Assembly (NCBI GenBank): GCA_903813345.2
Contig: CAIIXF020000001.1
Coordinates: forward strand, 11,656,001-11,720,000
Reading direction: 5' to 3'
DNA: 64,000 bases
From: Owenia fusiformis
Lineage: Eukaryota
In this document: in pieces, positions 55,901 through 62,880 of the stretch
Layout: each line of letters begins with the position of its first letter
Numbering within the stretch: the first letter of the stretch is position 1
Program-made: the position numbers and the translations under genes
The notes under the pieces: generated by a model
Seen by the model: the letters and a program-made list of their open reading frames with translations, nothing else
Told to the model about the DNA's origin: nothing
The model's database searches: none

Positions 55901-58900
55901 ACACATCACATAATGGAGCTTGTTTTGGGGTAGGTGGGGCCAATCCTGAAATGGAAGTTACAGCTGGTTTAGGGGTAGGTGGGGCCAATCTTGAAAAGGA
56001 AGTTGAAAACCTAACACATCACAGTGTAGAGCTGGTTTAGGGGTATGTGGGGCCAAACCTGAAAACAAAGTTGAATATATAACACATCACAGCATAGAGC
56101 TTATTTAGGGGTACGTGGAGCCAAACCTGAAAACAAAGTTGAATATACACATCACATAATGGAGCTTGTTTTGGGGTAGGTGGGGCCAATCCTGAAATGG
56201 AAGTTACAGCTGGTTTAGGGGTAGGTGGGGCCAATCTTGAAAAGGAAGTTGAAAACCTAACACATCACAGTGTAGAGCTGGTTTAGGGGTAGGTGGGGCC
56301 AAACCTGAAAACAAAGTTGAATATATAACACATCACAGCATAGAGCTTGTTTAGGGGTAGGTGGGGCCAAACCTGAAAACAAAGTTGAATATATAACACA
56401 TCCCAGCCTAGAGCTGGTTTATGGGTACATGGAGCCAAACCTGAAAACAAAGTTGAATATATAACACATCACAGCATAGAGCTTGTTTAGGGGTAGGTGG
56501 GGCCAAACCTGAAAACAAAGTTGAATATATAACACATCACAGCCTAGAGCTGGTTTATGGGTAGGTGGGGCCAATACTGAAAACAAAGTTAAATATATAA
56601 CACATCACAGCCTAGAGCTGGCCGAAGGGTAACAAAAAATCTACTCACGTTTACAGAACTGGGTGTATACAGTCTGCTTGATTTTCTGTAATTCAGCAAA
56701 ACCGCTGACAAGAAAACGATTATCTTCAATAGGAGGTGAGGCCATTGCATCTAACTCATCAGACTGACCGCTGAGACCGATACCAATCGCATAAATATGA
56801 ATGCCTTTGGCTCTAGCTTCTTCAGCTTCTGGAATTGTCCGTCTTTTGTTGATGTTTGAGACACCATCAGTCATGATGATAGCAATATTGGGAACATCTG
56901 GAAAAAATAAAAGGTACAAGTGTAGTAGATTTGTATAATAATGTTTATAACATTTTGATATCACTATTTTTATACTTTTATGTATAACTGATGACTGTGT
57001 TAGATATATACGAGGGTTGATCCAAAAGTTCCGAACCGTTTGCTCTAAAAATCTTAATATTTCATGAATATTGTTCATATATGGCCACAACTACCCCATA
57101 TATAGTAGTTTCATTTTGTGTAAAAATAAACAATAAATCTGACCAGCAACATAGGTGTCTGGTTACCATAGCAGCGTGACAACAGGGTAGGTGGAGCTGG
57201 AATAAATTAAACTTTATTCCGAATTTCAGCAATTGAAGAGCTATTTCAGATCATTTCAATTTGTGGAGTTTCACCACCATAAAATCTCATACAATAGGTC
57301 ATTATAGTTTATAAGTTCATTTGCCTTCAAAATAGTCACCACCATGTGCCACACATTTCTTACAGCGTTTCAACTAGTCCTGTAATACATGGTGAAGTTC
57401 ACCTTTAGCTGTAGCATTAACGCTATTAGTAAATGCCTGGTTAAGGTCAGCTTCATCATCGAATTGGATACCCCACAGTGGTTTCTTGGCTTCAGGAAAC
57501 ATTATGAAAGTCACATGGTGCCATATCAGGATAATATGGTGGATGGGGCTGTAGTTGGGCCTGCAAGCACTCATGTATTGCCTCTGTTGTAACATTGGCT
57601 CTGTGGCCTTGGGCATTATCATGGTGAAAGTAAAAATTCCCAAGGAGATCTGCTCGTTTTTTATTTCTCATAGCATCTTTAAGATCTTTCTTCAGCACCC
57701 AGAACACATTTTTAAACTGAGTAAGTGTCATACCTAATTGATTGACTCAAAATAGATCGACATAAAAGTAATCTAGTTTAAAACTTTGTAAATGATTGAT
57801 AAAGTTTTGTAACTGACCTTTGAATAATAAGCTCCATTGACAGTGACTCCAGTTACCACAGATTGAATAAAGGATAACTGTGTCGTACTCTTGCTCCACC
57901 TACCCTGTTGTCACGTTGCTATGGTAACCAGACACCTATGTTGCTGGTCAAATTTATTGCTTATTTTTACACAAAATGAAACTACTATATCTGGGGTGGT
58001 TGTGGCCAAATATGAACAATGTTCATAAAATATTACGATTTTTAGAGCAAACGGTTCGGAACTTTTGGATCAACCCTCGTATATACTTGTTTTCAAAACC
58101 CATGTGACAAAAACTGTATAGTGATCCATATATGATGGAGAGATTGACGAGTTTAAAAGTCATCAAAAAATATAATATATAAATGACTATAAGAGTTATT
58201 CTTTAATTTACATTATCTAACATGCTGCATTAATTGGTAGTTTCAGATTTAATTGGGAGGAATCTTCTCATGAATTCAGTTTTCAGAATATATGGGATAA
58301 GCATAATAAAACAAAAAGTGTCAGAAGTATTTTTCATTCTTATGCCTGTAAGTAGACGGGTTATTCACTGATTTGAAAAATAACTCAAACACAGTACAAA
58401 CAACGATCAATCATCTACTGTTGGTATTTCTTAAACCTCAAAATTAGCTTTGATATATGATTTTGATGACCATTTAATAGCCAGGGGGTTAGTATGCCCT
58501 GGTTGGGTTTTATTTATGTAAACATGTAGGTTTATATGTAAGAGCAAGAATTGTCCCTCAAACACAATCCGCCCCATCTGGTTCGCATTTGTAAAGTTGT
58601 ATTTTGATGAAAGCTAGGCATTTATACATATGGCGATGCTGACATTCAATGAGGCAGACAGGGCATGTCATTGGCAATGATACGATCAACAAAGCCTTAA
58701 AAACGATTTATATTACACTACAGTACTTAATATTAGCTGTATGCTTAATTATTATTAGAGGATCTATTTTCAAAGGTAATAACACCATGAGTTTGGGCTG
58801 TAGCTTTACTGGCCAAGACAAAGGACTTAATATTTTAAGTGTTATGAAAGATGAGTTGAAATCACCATTTTAAATATACTCAAGTTATGTTCCTAAAATC

Positions 58901-61522
58901 TTAAAATTCATTGATTTTTTAGGTTATTTACAAAATTATATGACAAAAACGATGTAAAATTTCATACATGCCAGTTGGATACAATTGAAGTTACAGATGT
59001 CTAAACTTTCAAAGACTGATTTCTGATTTTCACAAAAATGTGAGTTTATGGCATTATTCTTCAGATACAGTGAAATGTATTGTCATGATACAGTCTGATT
59101 GCATGAAAATTGCTCAATGAATTATCCCTAAATTGAAGAATATGGGCAACATTCAGTTTTTCCAAATTTCCATAGGGTAAACAGTGTTCCCATTAGGATT
59201 TTTTCTCAAGTGGGTGCAAAATTCAGACATAAATTGGTCAAAATATGCCAATTTTTCATAATTTTTCACTATTTCAAGTGGGTGCAAGCCTACTATCAAA
59301 ATCTCAGGTGTGTGCCGTACCCCCCCCCCACTGATTTAATGCTGGGGAGATCACTGGTACATATGCTTCCTTCACACAACTTACCTGGACGATCTCCTTT
59401 CTTCTCAACAAACATATCATTGTGCATCTTTGCAAGACCAGCAGCAGTATTTGTACTGCCATATATGTAGGGTATATTATCGATAGCAGCAAGAAGGGCA
59501 GATTTGTCGCCGGCATAATCATCTAAATGGAAGTGAACATGTTCTTTAGTGCTGTAGGTGGCAATTCCAACTCTCACCTAAAAATAACAAAAATAGTAGG
59601 GTATTTTTTCGTTGTCAAAAATGTAACAGTACACCCTCAGTTGTTAAGACCATTCTAGACATAGACTATGAAATGGAAAAAACAGAATAATCTAGAACTT
59701 TCGCCACCAATAATAGGCTTTGCTGCAGACCTCCTTTTTATGAATACCAGAGAACATTTTTTGTGGTTTCGGGGAAGAATCTTAGAGTTACAGACTATTG
59801 ATGGTGCAAAACAAAGGCAGTTACATATATTGTAATTCAAAAACTATTTGTTAAGGCTTTTTTTACATAAATTTATTCCTTTACTTAACAATAATAGACA
59901 TGCAATTGATTGCCAAAGTTTTATAAAAACATTAGCAGCAATTTTTAAGGCTTTTAACAAGTTCAACAGGTTTAAAAGTTTACATTTAGCAAACCTTCTA
60001 ATTATCTAACACATTTTGAACAGTTGATTTTCAATTATATCTTACCTGATCGGCATCTACATCAAAGTCTTCTATTAGATTTCTAACAAATGACATCTGT
60101 TTTTTAAAGTTAGCAGATCGCACGCTCGTAGAAGAGTCTATCACAATCACAATATCAGCTCTAAGTTCGCATGTTGTACTTGAAAGAATAATCCTTTTAC
60201 CTGCAATTTAGAGAATTAACAAGATGTTTGACAATGAAACATTAAATCAGCGTTTCTCATTTTGTTCGATGGGATAACAAAAACAAAACAAGGAGCAAAA
60301 TGTCACCACCATTTGTTACAGATGCCAACCGCCAACCATCGACTGCTGATCGCCAACCACCGATCGCCAACAAACCGCTGTCACAAAACGGAGACCATAA
60401 CAAAATGTCACAACATTTTGGTGGTGACATACATGTAATAAAGGAAAAGGCAGTAATAATTCTTTAATCAAACAGAATGAAACATTTAATCAGTATTTCT
60501 CAAATTTTATTCGATGAGATTATAAAAACAAAATGAAGGGAAAGTCTGTTATAATTCTTTAATCAAACAGAACATTTTTAAACCTGGGTATTACTTTTTT
60601 TATCAAAGCCGTCACTTTGTGTTAATAAATTGGAACAACAGAAAGCAAGTAGAACAGGTTGTATCATTATGTATTGTCTAGCAAAAAATGTTCCAGAATA
60701 CAAGAACAGGTCTTTGTTTAACCCAAGCTAAAATATTCATTTTAAAATGTTCATGCAAAAATATTTCTATTAAAAAATGTTACTTCATGGAATCAACCAG
60801 ATGGTGTTCTCCAAAGTAAAATGCATCACACTGCACAAATATGTTATAAAAAATATGATATCAAAAGCAGTTGTGTTTCCAAGCTGGACTACTTGCTCTG
60901 AATTTATTCTGCACTGAGTAACATCTTGTCTCAGTATGAAACCCAGGAGGAAAGTAAAAACGGCTTTGAAAAGTTCATACTGCATGGTGATACAAGTCAG
61001 AAATGTAATAAAAGCCAGGTAAAATCTGTTAAATCAAGAAAACATGGTGTCTGGGAAAACCTGACATAATAATATGTGGAAGCAATGCTTGGAAACATGT
61101 TTTACGGTTTACATGTTTTAATGCATTCCAGTTGGAGGATAAATGTGTGAAAATCCAACCAAAATATGAGTTTTAGTATGGTTTAGAAGTTTTCTTTTTG
61201 TTTCCTTTGCTATTTAACTCAGTGACTGTTATTTGTTGGCTTGTTTATTTATTTGTTTTTTGTGTGTTTATTTGTTTGTTTGTTTTTTTGTTTGTGAATG
61301 GCAGGTAGGTATGTAAAAGTGGCTATTATGTAGGTACCATAAAACGATAAATAATCTGAACATTTCAGATGTCAAAAACAAAACAATAGCATGCAAATCA
61401 ACTAAATCATCCTTACCCCCAGCTACAAGCGGCAGCACCGCAGTATCCAAATCTTGGGCTAAAACTTGTAGCAGCTGAGTAATTAACAACAAACACCCTA
61501 TATGATACGGTATAAGCTCCAT
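4814..61522 (-). CDS. Large secreted multi-domain extracellular matrix/adhesion protein: SP-VWA-VWA-(PKD/K319L-like)x8-VWA-EGF-VWA-EGF-VWA(partial); 32 coding exons, ~1697 aa visible, 3' end unresolved
   Basis: Manual splice assembly. Every intron is GT..AG and phases join in frame across all 32 exons (5093 nt). Four VWA domains have DxSxS...T...D MIDAS motifs, eight repeats have PP(V/I)AxAGxD...(L/V)DGxxS(T/S)DD...W...G(E/T)Y, and two exons encode 6-Cys EGF domains. Confidence 0.9.
5354..5467 (-). CDS. Exon 31: EGF domain 2 (DEDQCKGNPCKNGGKCEDGIKQFKCTCPAGYSGKTCER)
   Basis: 6-Cys EGF pattern, 114 nt, phase 1-1. Confidence 0.9.
5791..6003 (-). CDS. Exon 30: VWA4 C-part
   Basis: DGYHNIN..GIYVVTIGV; ORF 5780..6022. 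Confidence 0.9.
6337..6484 (-). CDS. Exon 29: VWA4 middle (VGILNAVDSVNYMDGYTHTADG...GDRPDARNVAVLLT)
   Basis: ttag/gtatg boundaries, VWA motifs. Confidence 0.9.
6565..6935 (+). mobile_element. Helentron-associated element, right part of the family at 3215-4182
   Basis: 6567-6800 matches ~3920-4165; ends with GGAC microsatellite and hairpin-like ATCCCTCTGAACTTCGTTCGATGGGATAATAA. Confidence 0.65.
7060..7259 (-). CDS. Exon 28: VWA4 N-part (CPKEADIIFIVDSSASVGEQNF...)
   Basis: DSSAS MIDAS; tttcag/gtatg. Confidence 0.9.
7639..7752 (-). CDS. Exon 27: EGF domain 1 (DDQDCASIPCENGGTCIEGLGGYTCRCKYGFGGKSCET)
   Basis: 6-Cys EGF pattern, 114 nt, phase 1-1. Confidence 0.9.
7697..8266. repeat. Tandem array (~77-bp unit, ~7.5 copies) spanning the EGF1 exon 3' splice site
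   Basis: Unit = intron end (tgtatgtgtttgtttacag) + first ~55 nt of exon 27. Confidence 0.9.
8982..9992 (+). CDS. Class A (rhodopsin-family) GPCR, orphan, single coding exon, nested antisense in the host-gene intron
   Basis: 336-aa ORF with 7 hydrophobic segments, NLACAD (TM2), DRY (TM3), CYLP (TM6), NAIIY variant of NPxxY (TM7), FRKAM helix 8, N-terminal N-glycosylation sequon NIT; no TM7 lysine, so not an opsin. Confidence 0.92.
   Translation: MAPNNITLPMTRDNNHDVPIGVTVSYIILSEITSVLILVINILTVITIAKVESLHTVMNKLFVNLACADLLLGVSLPYCSLRFYQLDMVYSSLMLEKISCLVCQYVTLATASVSFLGFSLIALDRYLAITQPLMYHQLMTKKRLLGAVIFIWLFVFNVLGIMIGLNNWRSGTQCTGLLVLNRAMYSIVILGLGGLLSITSAMLYARIFYIAWQQKKRIQAEEISYGQKCANSDTKMAKTMAMVFCSLCVCYLPFIIVSVFLRPYTPEERPFWLKISLGYATIFVYFNSFLNAIIYSWRNKDFRKAMYQLVFPKKQLIMNVQPTTVFSLDKYISVTN
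11106..12709 (+). CDS. Type II membrane nucleotide-diphospho-sugar transferase-like glycosyltransferase (Nucleotid_trans/GT77-like), 2 exons 11106-11988 and 12234-12709, ~452 aa, nested antisense
   Basis: N-terminal TM anchor, DSDA (DxD) motif, NLGVTLLR and DDQ..VN motifs; a phase-1 intron gtactg..tttttcag joins ORFs 11106..12002 and 12236..12709 in frame. Confidence 0.85.
14369..14544. mobile_element. pogo/Tigger-type MITE (~180 bp); relatives at ~10360-10490, 24260-24439, 26656-26826, 35370-35546
   Basis: CAGTAAAACCTG..CAGGTTTYACTG-type termini, TA flanks, repeated GGAACAC/GTGTTCC motifs. Confidence 0.7.
14547..16007. mobile_element. 1.46-kb non-autonomous pogo/Tigger-type DNA transposon with an internal ~240-bp tandem duplication
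   Basis: TA|CAGTAAAACCTGT..ACAGGTTTTACTG|TA; 15161-15400 is repeated at 15400-15640. Confidence 0.75.
16031..16197 (-). CDS. Exon 26: VWA3 C-part (LVKEDGITVLGVGIG...LTDPICV)
   Basis: atcag/gtgag boundaries, in frame. Confidence 0.88.
16668..16907 (-). CDS. Exon 25: VWA3 middle
   Basis: GLTHTSDAL..GDRPNVVNVAIIITDS; ORF 16664..16891. Confidence 0.9.
17098..17164. mobile_element. 67-bp Tc1/mariner-type mini element
   Basis: TA|CAGGGTGTCC..GGACACCCTG|TA. Confidence 0.7.
17271..17427 (-). CDS. Exon 24: VWA3 N-part (GPCLAEADVVFILDSSGSIG...VRIGLITYS)
   Basis: DSSGS MIDAS; tatag/gtata; not in the ORF track. Confidence 0.9.
18031..18197 (-). CDS. Exon 23: PKD repeat 8, C-half
   Basis: GPSEGG..ACGMDVGGEYTYKLTVFDIEGLESSDTVTITV; phase 2-1. 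Confidence 0.85.
21415..22435. repeat. Minisatellite, 30-31 bp unit, ~33 copies (AAAACATGAAAGAATAGCCCCATGTTGACA)
   Basis: Direct reading; explains the repetitive minus-strand ORFs. Confidence 0.95.
27246..27393 (+). mobile_element. Short (75-155 bp) Helentron-like interspersed element; representative of 11 copies in the window
   Basis: AACAAGGCATTAACATGCAAAATGTCACCACC..TGGAGACCATAACAATATGTCACCACTTTTGGTGGTGACATAAAA; copies at ~6115, 17458, 18284, 23951, 26214, 27246, 28000, 31494, 35972, 51763, 60287. Confidence 0.75.
29753..31446 (+). mobile_element. 1.7-kb Helentron-associated element with (GTAG)/GTAGCTGA microsatellite, tandem ~480-bp cores and terminal hairpin
   Basis: Subterminal AGACTCCAGAT at ~29787; terminal hairpin AGACTCCAGATTTTCATCTGGAGTCT at ~31415-31440; ~30020-30430 repeated at ~30500-30905. 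Confidence 0.75.
32431..32503 (-). mobile_element. tRNA-derived SINE head or tRNA pseudogene
   Basis: Minus strand TAGCTCAGTGGTAGAGC (A box/D arm) and degenerate B box AGATTCAATCTCC; no intact cloverleaf. Confidence 0.6.
32954..33086 (-). CDS. Exon 22: PKD repeat 8, N-half
   Basis: GNEPPVANAGKDQII..CTTLSGKQSTDD..YVWE; 133 nt. Confidence 0.85.
38590..39297. repeat. Minisatellite, ~69-bp unit, ~10 copies
   Basis: GTGAAGCAAACTAGTAAATGGTCTGGCCTGAGACTATTCCTGAGATCATAT.. repeated. Confidence 0.92.
40334..40482 (-). CDS. Exon 21: PKD repeat 7, C-half
   Basis: GPGEPKI..VCGLTKEGTYEFELIVFDEDELSDTDTV; 149 nt. Confidence 0.88.
40884..41016 (-). CDS. Exon 20: PKD repeat 7, N-half
   Basis: SNKPPVADAGPDQRI..CVELDGGKSSDD..WRWE; 133 nt. 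Confidence 0.88.
41397..41545 (-). CDS. Exon 19: PKD repeat 6, C-half
   Basis: GPAKTDI..ICGLTIPGEYEFQLFVSDADE; 149 nt. Confidence 0.88.
41776..41908 (-). CDS. Exon 18: PKD repeat 6, N-half
   Basis: GNAPPVADAGADQVI..CVIVDGKESTDD; 133 nt. Confidence 0.88.
41895..42652. repeat. Tandem array (63-64 bp unit, 12 copies) spanning the exon 18 3' splice site
   Basis: Each unit contains minus-strand gccattttag|AGGGCAATGC. Confidence 0.93.
42822..42976 (-). CDS. Exon 17: PKD repeat 5, C-half
   Basis: APGRVARPKI..ICNLEIGEYIFELIVFDEDELSDTDTV; 155 nt. Confidence 0.88.
43234..43366 (-). CDS. Exon 16: PKD repeat 5, N-half
   Basis: PKIPPVANAGKDKVI..CVTVDGSKSTDD..WRWE; 133 nt. Confidence 0.88.
43742..43890 (-). 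CDS. Exon 15: PKD repeat 4, C-half
   Basis: GPETAKFAQEDSPTTEVCGLTTPGEYEIKLVVFDEDE; 149 nt. Confidence 0.88.
45050..45160. repeat. Short 21-bp tandem repeat (AATGCCAAATATGGGGTTCTA), ~4-5 copies
   Basis: Direct reading. Confidence 0.8.
45378..45510 (-). CDS. Exon 14: PKD repeat 4, N-half
   Basis: ENLPPIANAGPDQEI..CVTLDGTKSTDD; 133 nt. Confidence 0.88.
45725..46006 (-). CDS. Exon 13: PKD repeat 3, whole domain in one exon
   Basis: ORF 45714..46088; 282 nt = 133+149. Confidence 0.9.
46386..46534 (-). CDS. Exon 12: PKD repeat 2, C-half
   Basis: VCGFTGVGEYEFILRVFDEDE; 149 nt. Confidence 0.88.
46938..47073 (-). CDS. Exon 11: PKD repeat 2, N-half
   Basis: ANEPPVADAGPDREITVTDDCVDLDGTASTDDKAIVFWIWE; cacag/gtaag. 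Confidence 0.88.
47591..47739 (-). CDS. Exon 10: PKD repeat 1, C-half
   Basis: GPS..PGEYEFELTVYDED; 149 nt, phase 2-1. Confidence 0.88.
48150..48303 (-). CDS. Exon 9: PKD repeat 1, N-half
   Basis: PPVANAGEDREL..LDGTASTDD..YSWEQ; the tttag acceptor gives the required phase 1. Confidence 0.85.
48449..49658. mobile_element. 1.2-kb foldback element flanked by TTAA (piggyBac/Kolobok-type target site), non-autonomous
   Basis: TTAA|CTCCTTTATGACTGA..TCAGTCATGAAGGAG|TTAA; ~440-bp near-identical inverted arms; central palindrome CAAAATCGATCATATATGATCGATTTTG. Confidence 0.85.
49854..50102 (-). CDS. Exon 8: VWA2 C-part (DVPNIAIVVTDG...IFAVGIG...FCA)
   Basis: ORF 49828..50202; 249 nt like exon 4. Confidence 0.9.
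50112..50272. repeat. 32-bp tandem repeat x5 just upstream of the exon 8 acceptor
   Basis: GACACACAGTGACAAATATTGCACTTAGAAAA at 50115, 50147, 50179, 50211, 50243. Confidence 0.9.
50829..50923 (-). CDS. Exon 7: VWA2 (SIPYLYGSTNTADGLLEMYREMFTEANGDRP)
   Basis: ttacag/gtac boundaries; paralogous to exon 3. Confidence 0.88.
51898..52043 (-). CDS. Exon 6: VWA2 (LRFLENIVSSQNIDGGNVRVGALTYSS...LLNAIG)
   Basis: ttttcag/gtaaa boundaries; VRVG..TYS motif. Confidence 0.88.
52522..55280 (-). mobile_element. 5'-truncated non-LTR retrotransposon (LINE): reverse transcriptase + C-terminal Cys/His zinc-binding motif; one in-frame stop
   Basis: RT motifs NYRGITI, AFIDISKAFD, GLKQGCVLSP, LFADD, YKYLGV; CKLC..H..C; ORFs 54234..55235 and 52653..54089 share a frame, separated by one TAA; (AATA)n/poly-A tail at ~52522-52562. 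Confidence 0.93.
55488..55597 (-). CDS. Exon 5: Pro-rich linker + VWA2 start (LAPPTPQPALGCDVKADVVFVVDSSTSVGKGNFQEQ)
   Basis: tttcag acceptor (an in-frame ctctag alternative lies 33 nt downstream), gtaaa donor, DSSTS MIDAS. Confidence 0.82.
55554..56621. repeat. Tandem array (~67-68 bp unit, ~16 copies, with higher-order repeat) spanning the exon 5 3' splice site
   Basis: Unit = ttatatattcaactttgttttcag + first ~44 nt of exon 5; fills almost the whole intron. Confidence 0.93.
56649..56897 (-). CDS. Exon 4: VWA1 C-part (DVPNIAIIMTDG...IYAIGIG...FCK)
   Basis: ORF 56641..57090; ccag/gtgag boundaries; 249 nt, phase 1-1. Confidence 0.9.
57011..58079 (-). mobile_element. Internally deleted mariner element with ~185-bp TIRs and a decayed transposase fragment
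   Basis: TA|CGAGGGTTGATCCAAAAGTTCCGAACCG..|TA; remnant FHHDNA and HPPYYPDMAPCDF (cf. mariner YSPDLAPSD) in ORF 57492..57731. Confidence 0.9.
59182..59356. mobile_element. CAGTG-ended MITE, copy 2
   Basis: Similar to 4564-4753, ends CTGGGGAGATCACTG. Confidence 0.6.
59385..59577 (-). CDS. Exon 3: VWA1 middle (VRVGIATYS...GSTNTAAGL...GDRP)
   Basis: VWA motifs in ORF 59296..59577; tag/gtaag boundaries. Confidence 0.9.
60046..60200 (-). CDS. Exon 2: VWA1 N-part (KRIILSSTTCELRADIVIVIDSSTSVRSANFKKQMSFV...)
   Basis: ttgcag acceptor, gtaag donor, DSSTS MIDAS; missed by the ORF track. Confidence 0.88.
61417..61522 (-). CDS. Coding exon 1: start codon and signal peptide (MELIPYHIGCLLLITQLLQVLA-QDLDTAVLPLVAG)
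   Basis: ATG at 61522 just after a ttgcag acceptor (61532), hydrophobic core ending VLA, phase-1 donor GTAAGG that joins exon 2 in frame. Confidence 0.75.
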
Positions 61523-62880
61523 ATTGGAATACTGCAATTACAAATGTACTTATAAATTAGAGACAATTAAATAACGATTTGTGTCAATAAAAAAGCAATG
61601 AAAAGGACACTTTTTTATTTTAAACCCCTATATAGGTAGGATCTCAAAATAAGTGAGGTAAATGGCGAAACTAAAAGCAGTGATTATAACCTAAATAAAG
61701 CCAAATACCTCTCTTGCCAACAATCTACAGAATTGTAAGATAATTATGAAAGAGCATCCCAGGGTGGGGTATTGTTTTATAAGTTTCACCTTTATTGACA
61801 TAGTGAACTTTAGAATGGAAAGTCACCATAACCAGACATTATTTTGATATATTTATCTTTCAAATGTTGGCCTTTGTGTTTTCTAATGGAGAACTGATGA
61901 ATTGTGTTGACATTTAACACCCATGAAAGCTATTGATGAATATCCCAGTAGGGCCACCTAGCATGTAGTTTCTATCCAGGGGCCTATCTAGACTTACCTA
62001 TCAACACACTCTACAAACTTCAAGAAAAGCTCGAGTTTTTTTAAACGTAACTTTACTTGTTGACTTTGGTCCTAAATTCTGAGACACCTGAATTCATTAT
62101 ATTTTTGAGAATTTGAAGAATAACTGTCACACATGCTTATTTTATTCTTTGATTTTGGATGATCTATTTAAGAAGTAGCTTTTTTCTTGAATATTTAATT
62201 ACCTGAAATCCCAGAGTCAAATTGATTTTGTTATTGTTTTATGCACTTTTGTTACAGATAAAAGACACCGTCCTGTTTCATGATCAGATACGAACAATCT
62301 ATGATTAATCTCAAAAGTCAGCCGACTGTCTACCAACCAGGGAACATTCCTTCCATTTACTAGGATTGAAATTACAATAAAAATTGGAATGAAATGGCAG
62401 CAGCAAGTTATTTCCATAGTTTTGATATTCTGATTAATAATGTGATATTCCTTTGGAAACAGAAGTCAAAACAAATGTGGTCTGGAAGTAATCATTGTAA
62501 CTAACAGGTTATAAAGAACTGAAGATTAAAACTTGATCAACTTATCCTAATCACCTTCCATATGGTTTGCCCCAGGGCTCAAATTATTTTCCTTTTTAGG
62601 GAATAATTGGGCCTTCTTTTCAACAATACTCTTCTTATATAAAATAAGTTTCAATGAAATGGCAGGAATCAGTTATTGAAAATTGACAGATTTTAAATAG
62701 ACAGACAGATGGACATATATGGTGAAACATTTATGCAAAATTAAATCTTTCATTTACAAGTTAGCATTACTTTGTTTAGAAACATCCTTTGACATTCATC
62801 ATTTCAATAGTTTGCAGTCACTCTTAAAAAAATTCTCACAAAAGTAGGGCAAACTGGAAACGTAGATTAAATTACAAATA

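Noticed and set aside
55632-56234. Pro-rich ORFs MAPPTPKP..
   Set aside because: Read-through of the exon 5 junction array; frames break between units.
21415-56621. CRISPR-like appearance of the regular arrays
   Set aside because: Units are contiguous with no unique spacers, there are no cas genes, and the context is eukaryotic and intron-rich.
61998-62087. 5' UTR exon of the VWA-PKD gene
   Set aside because: Plausible attcag/gtaag boundaries but no independent support from sequence alone.
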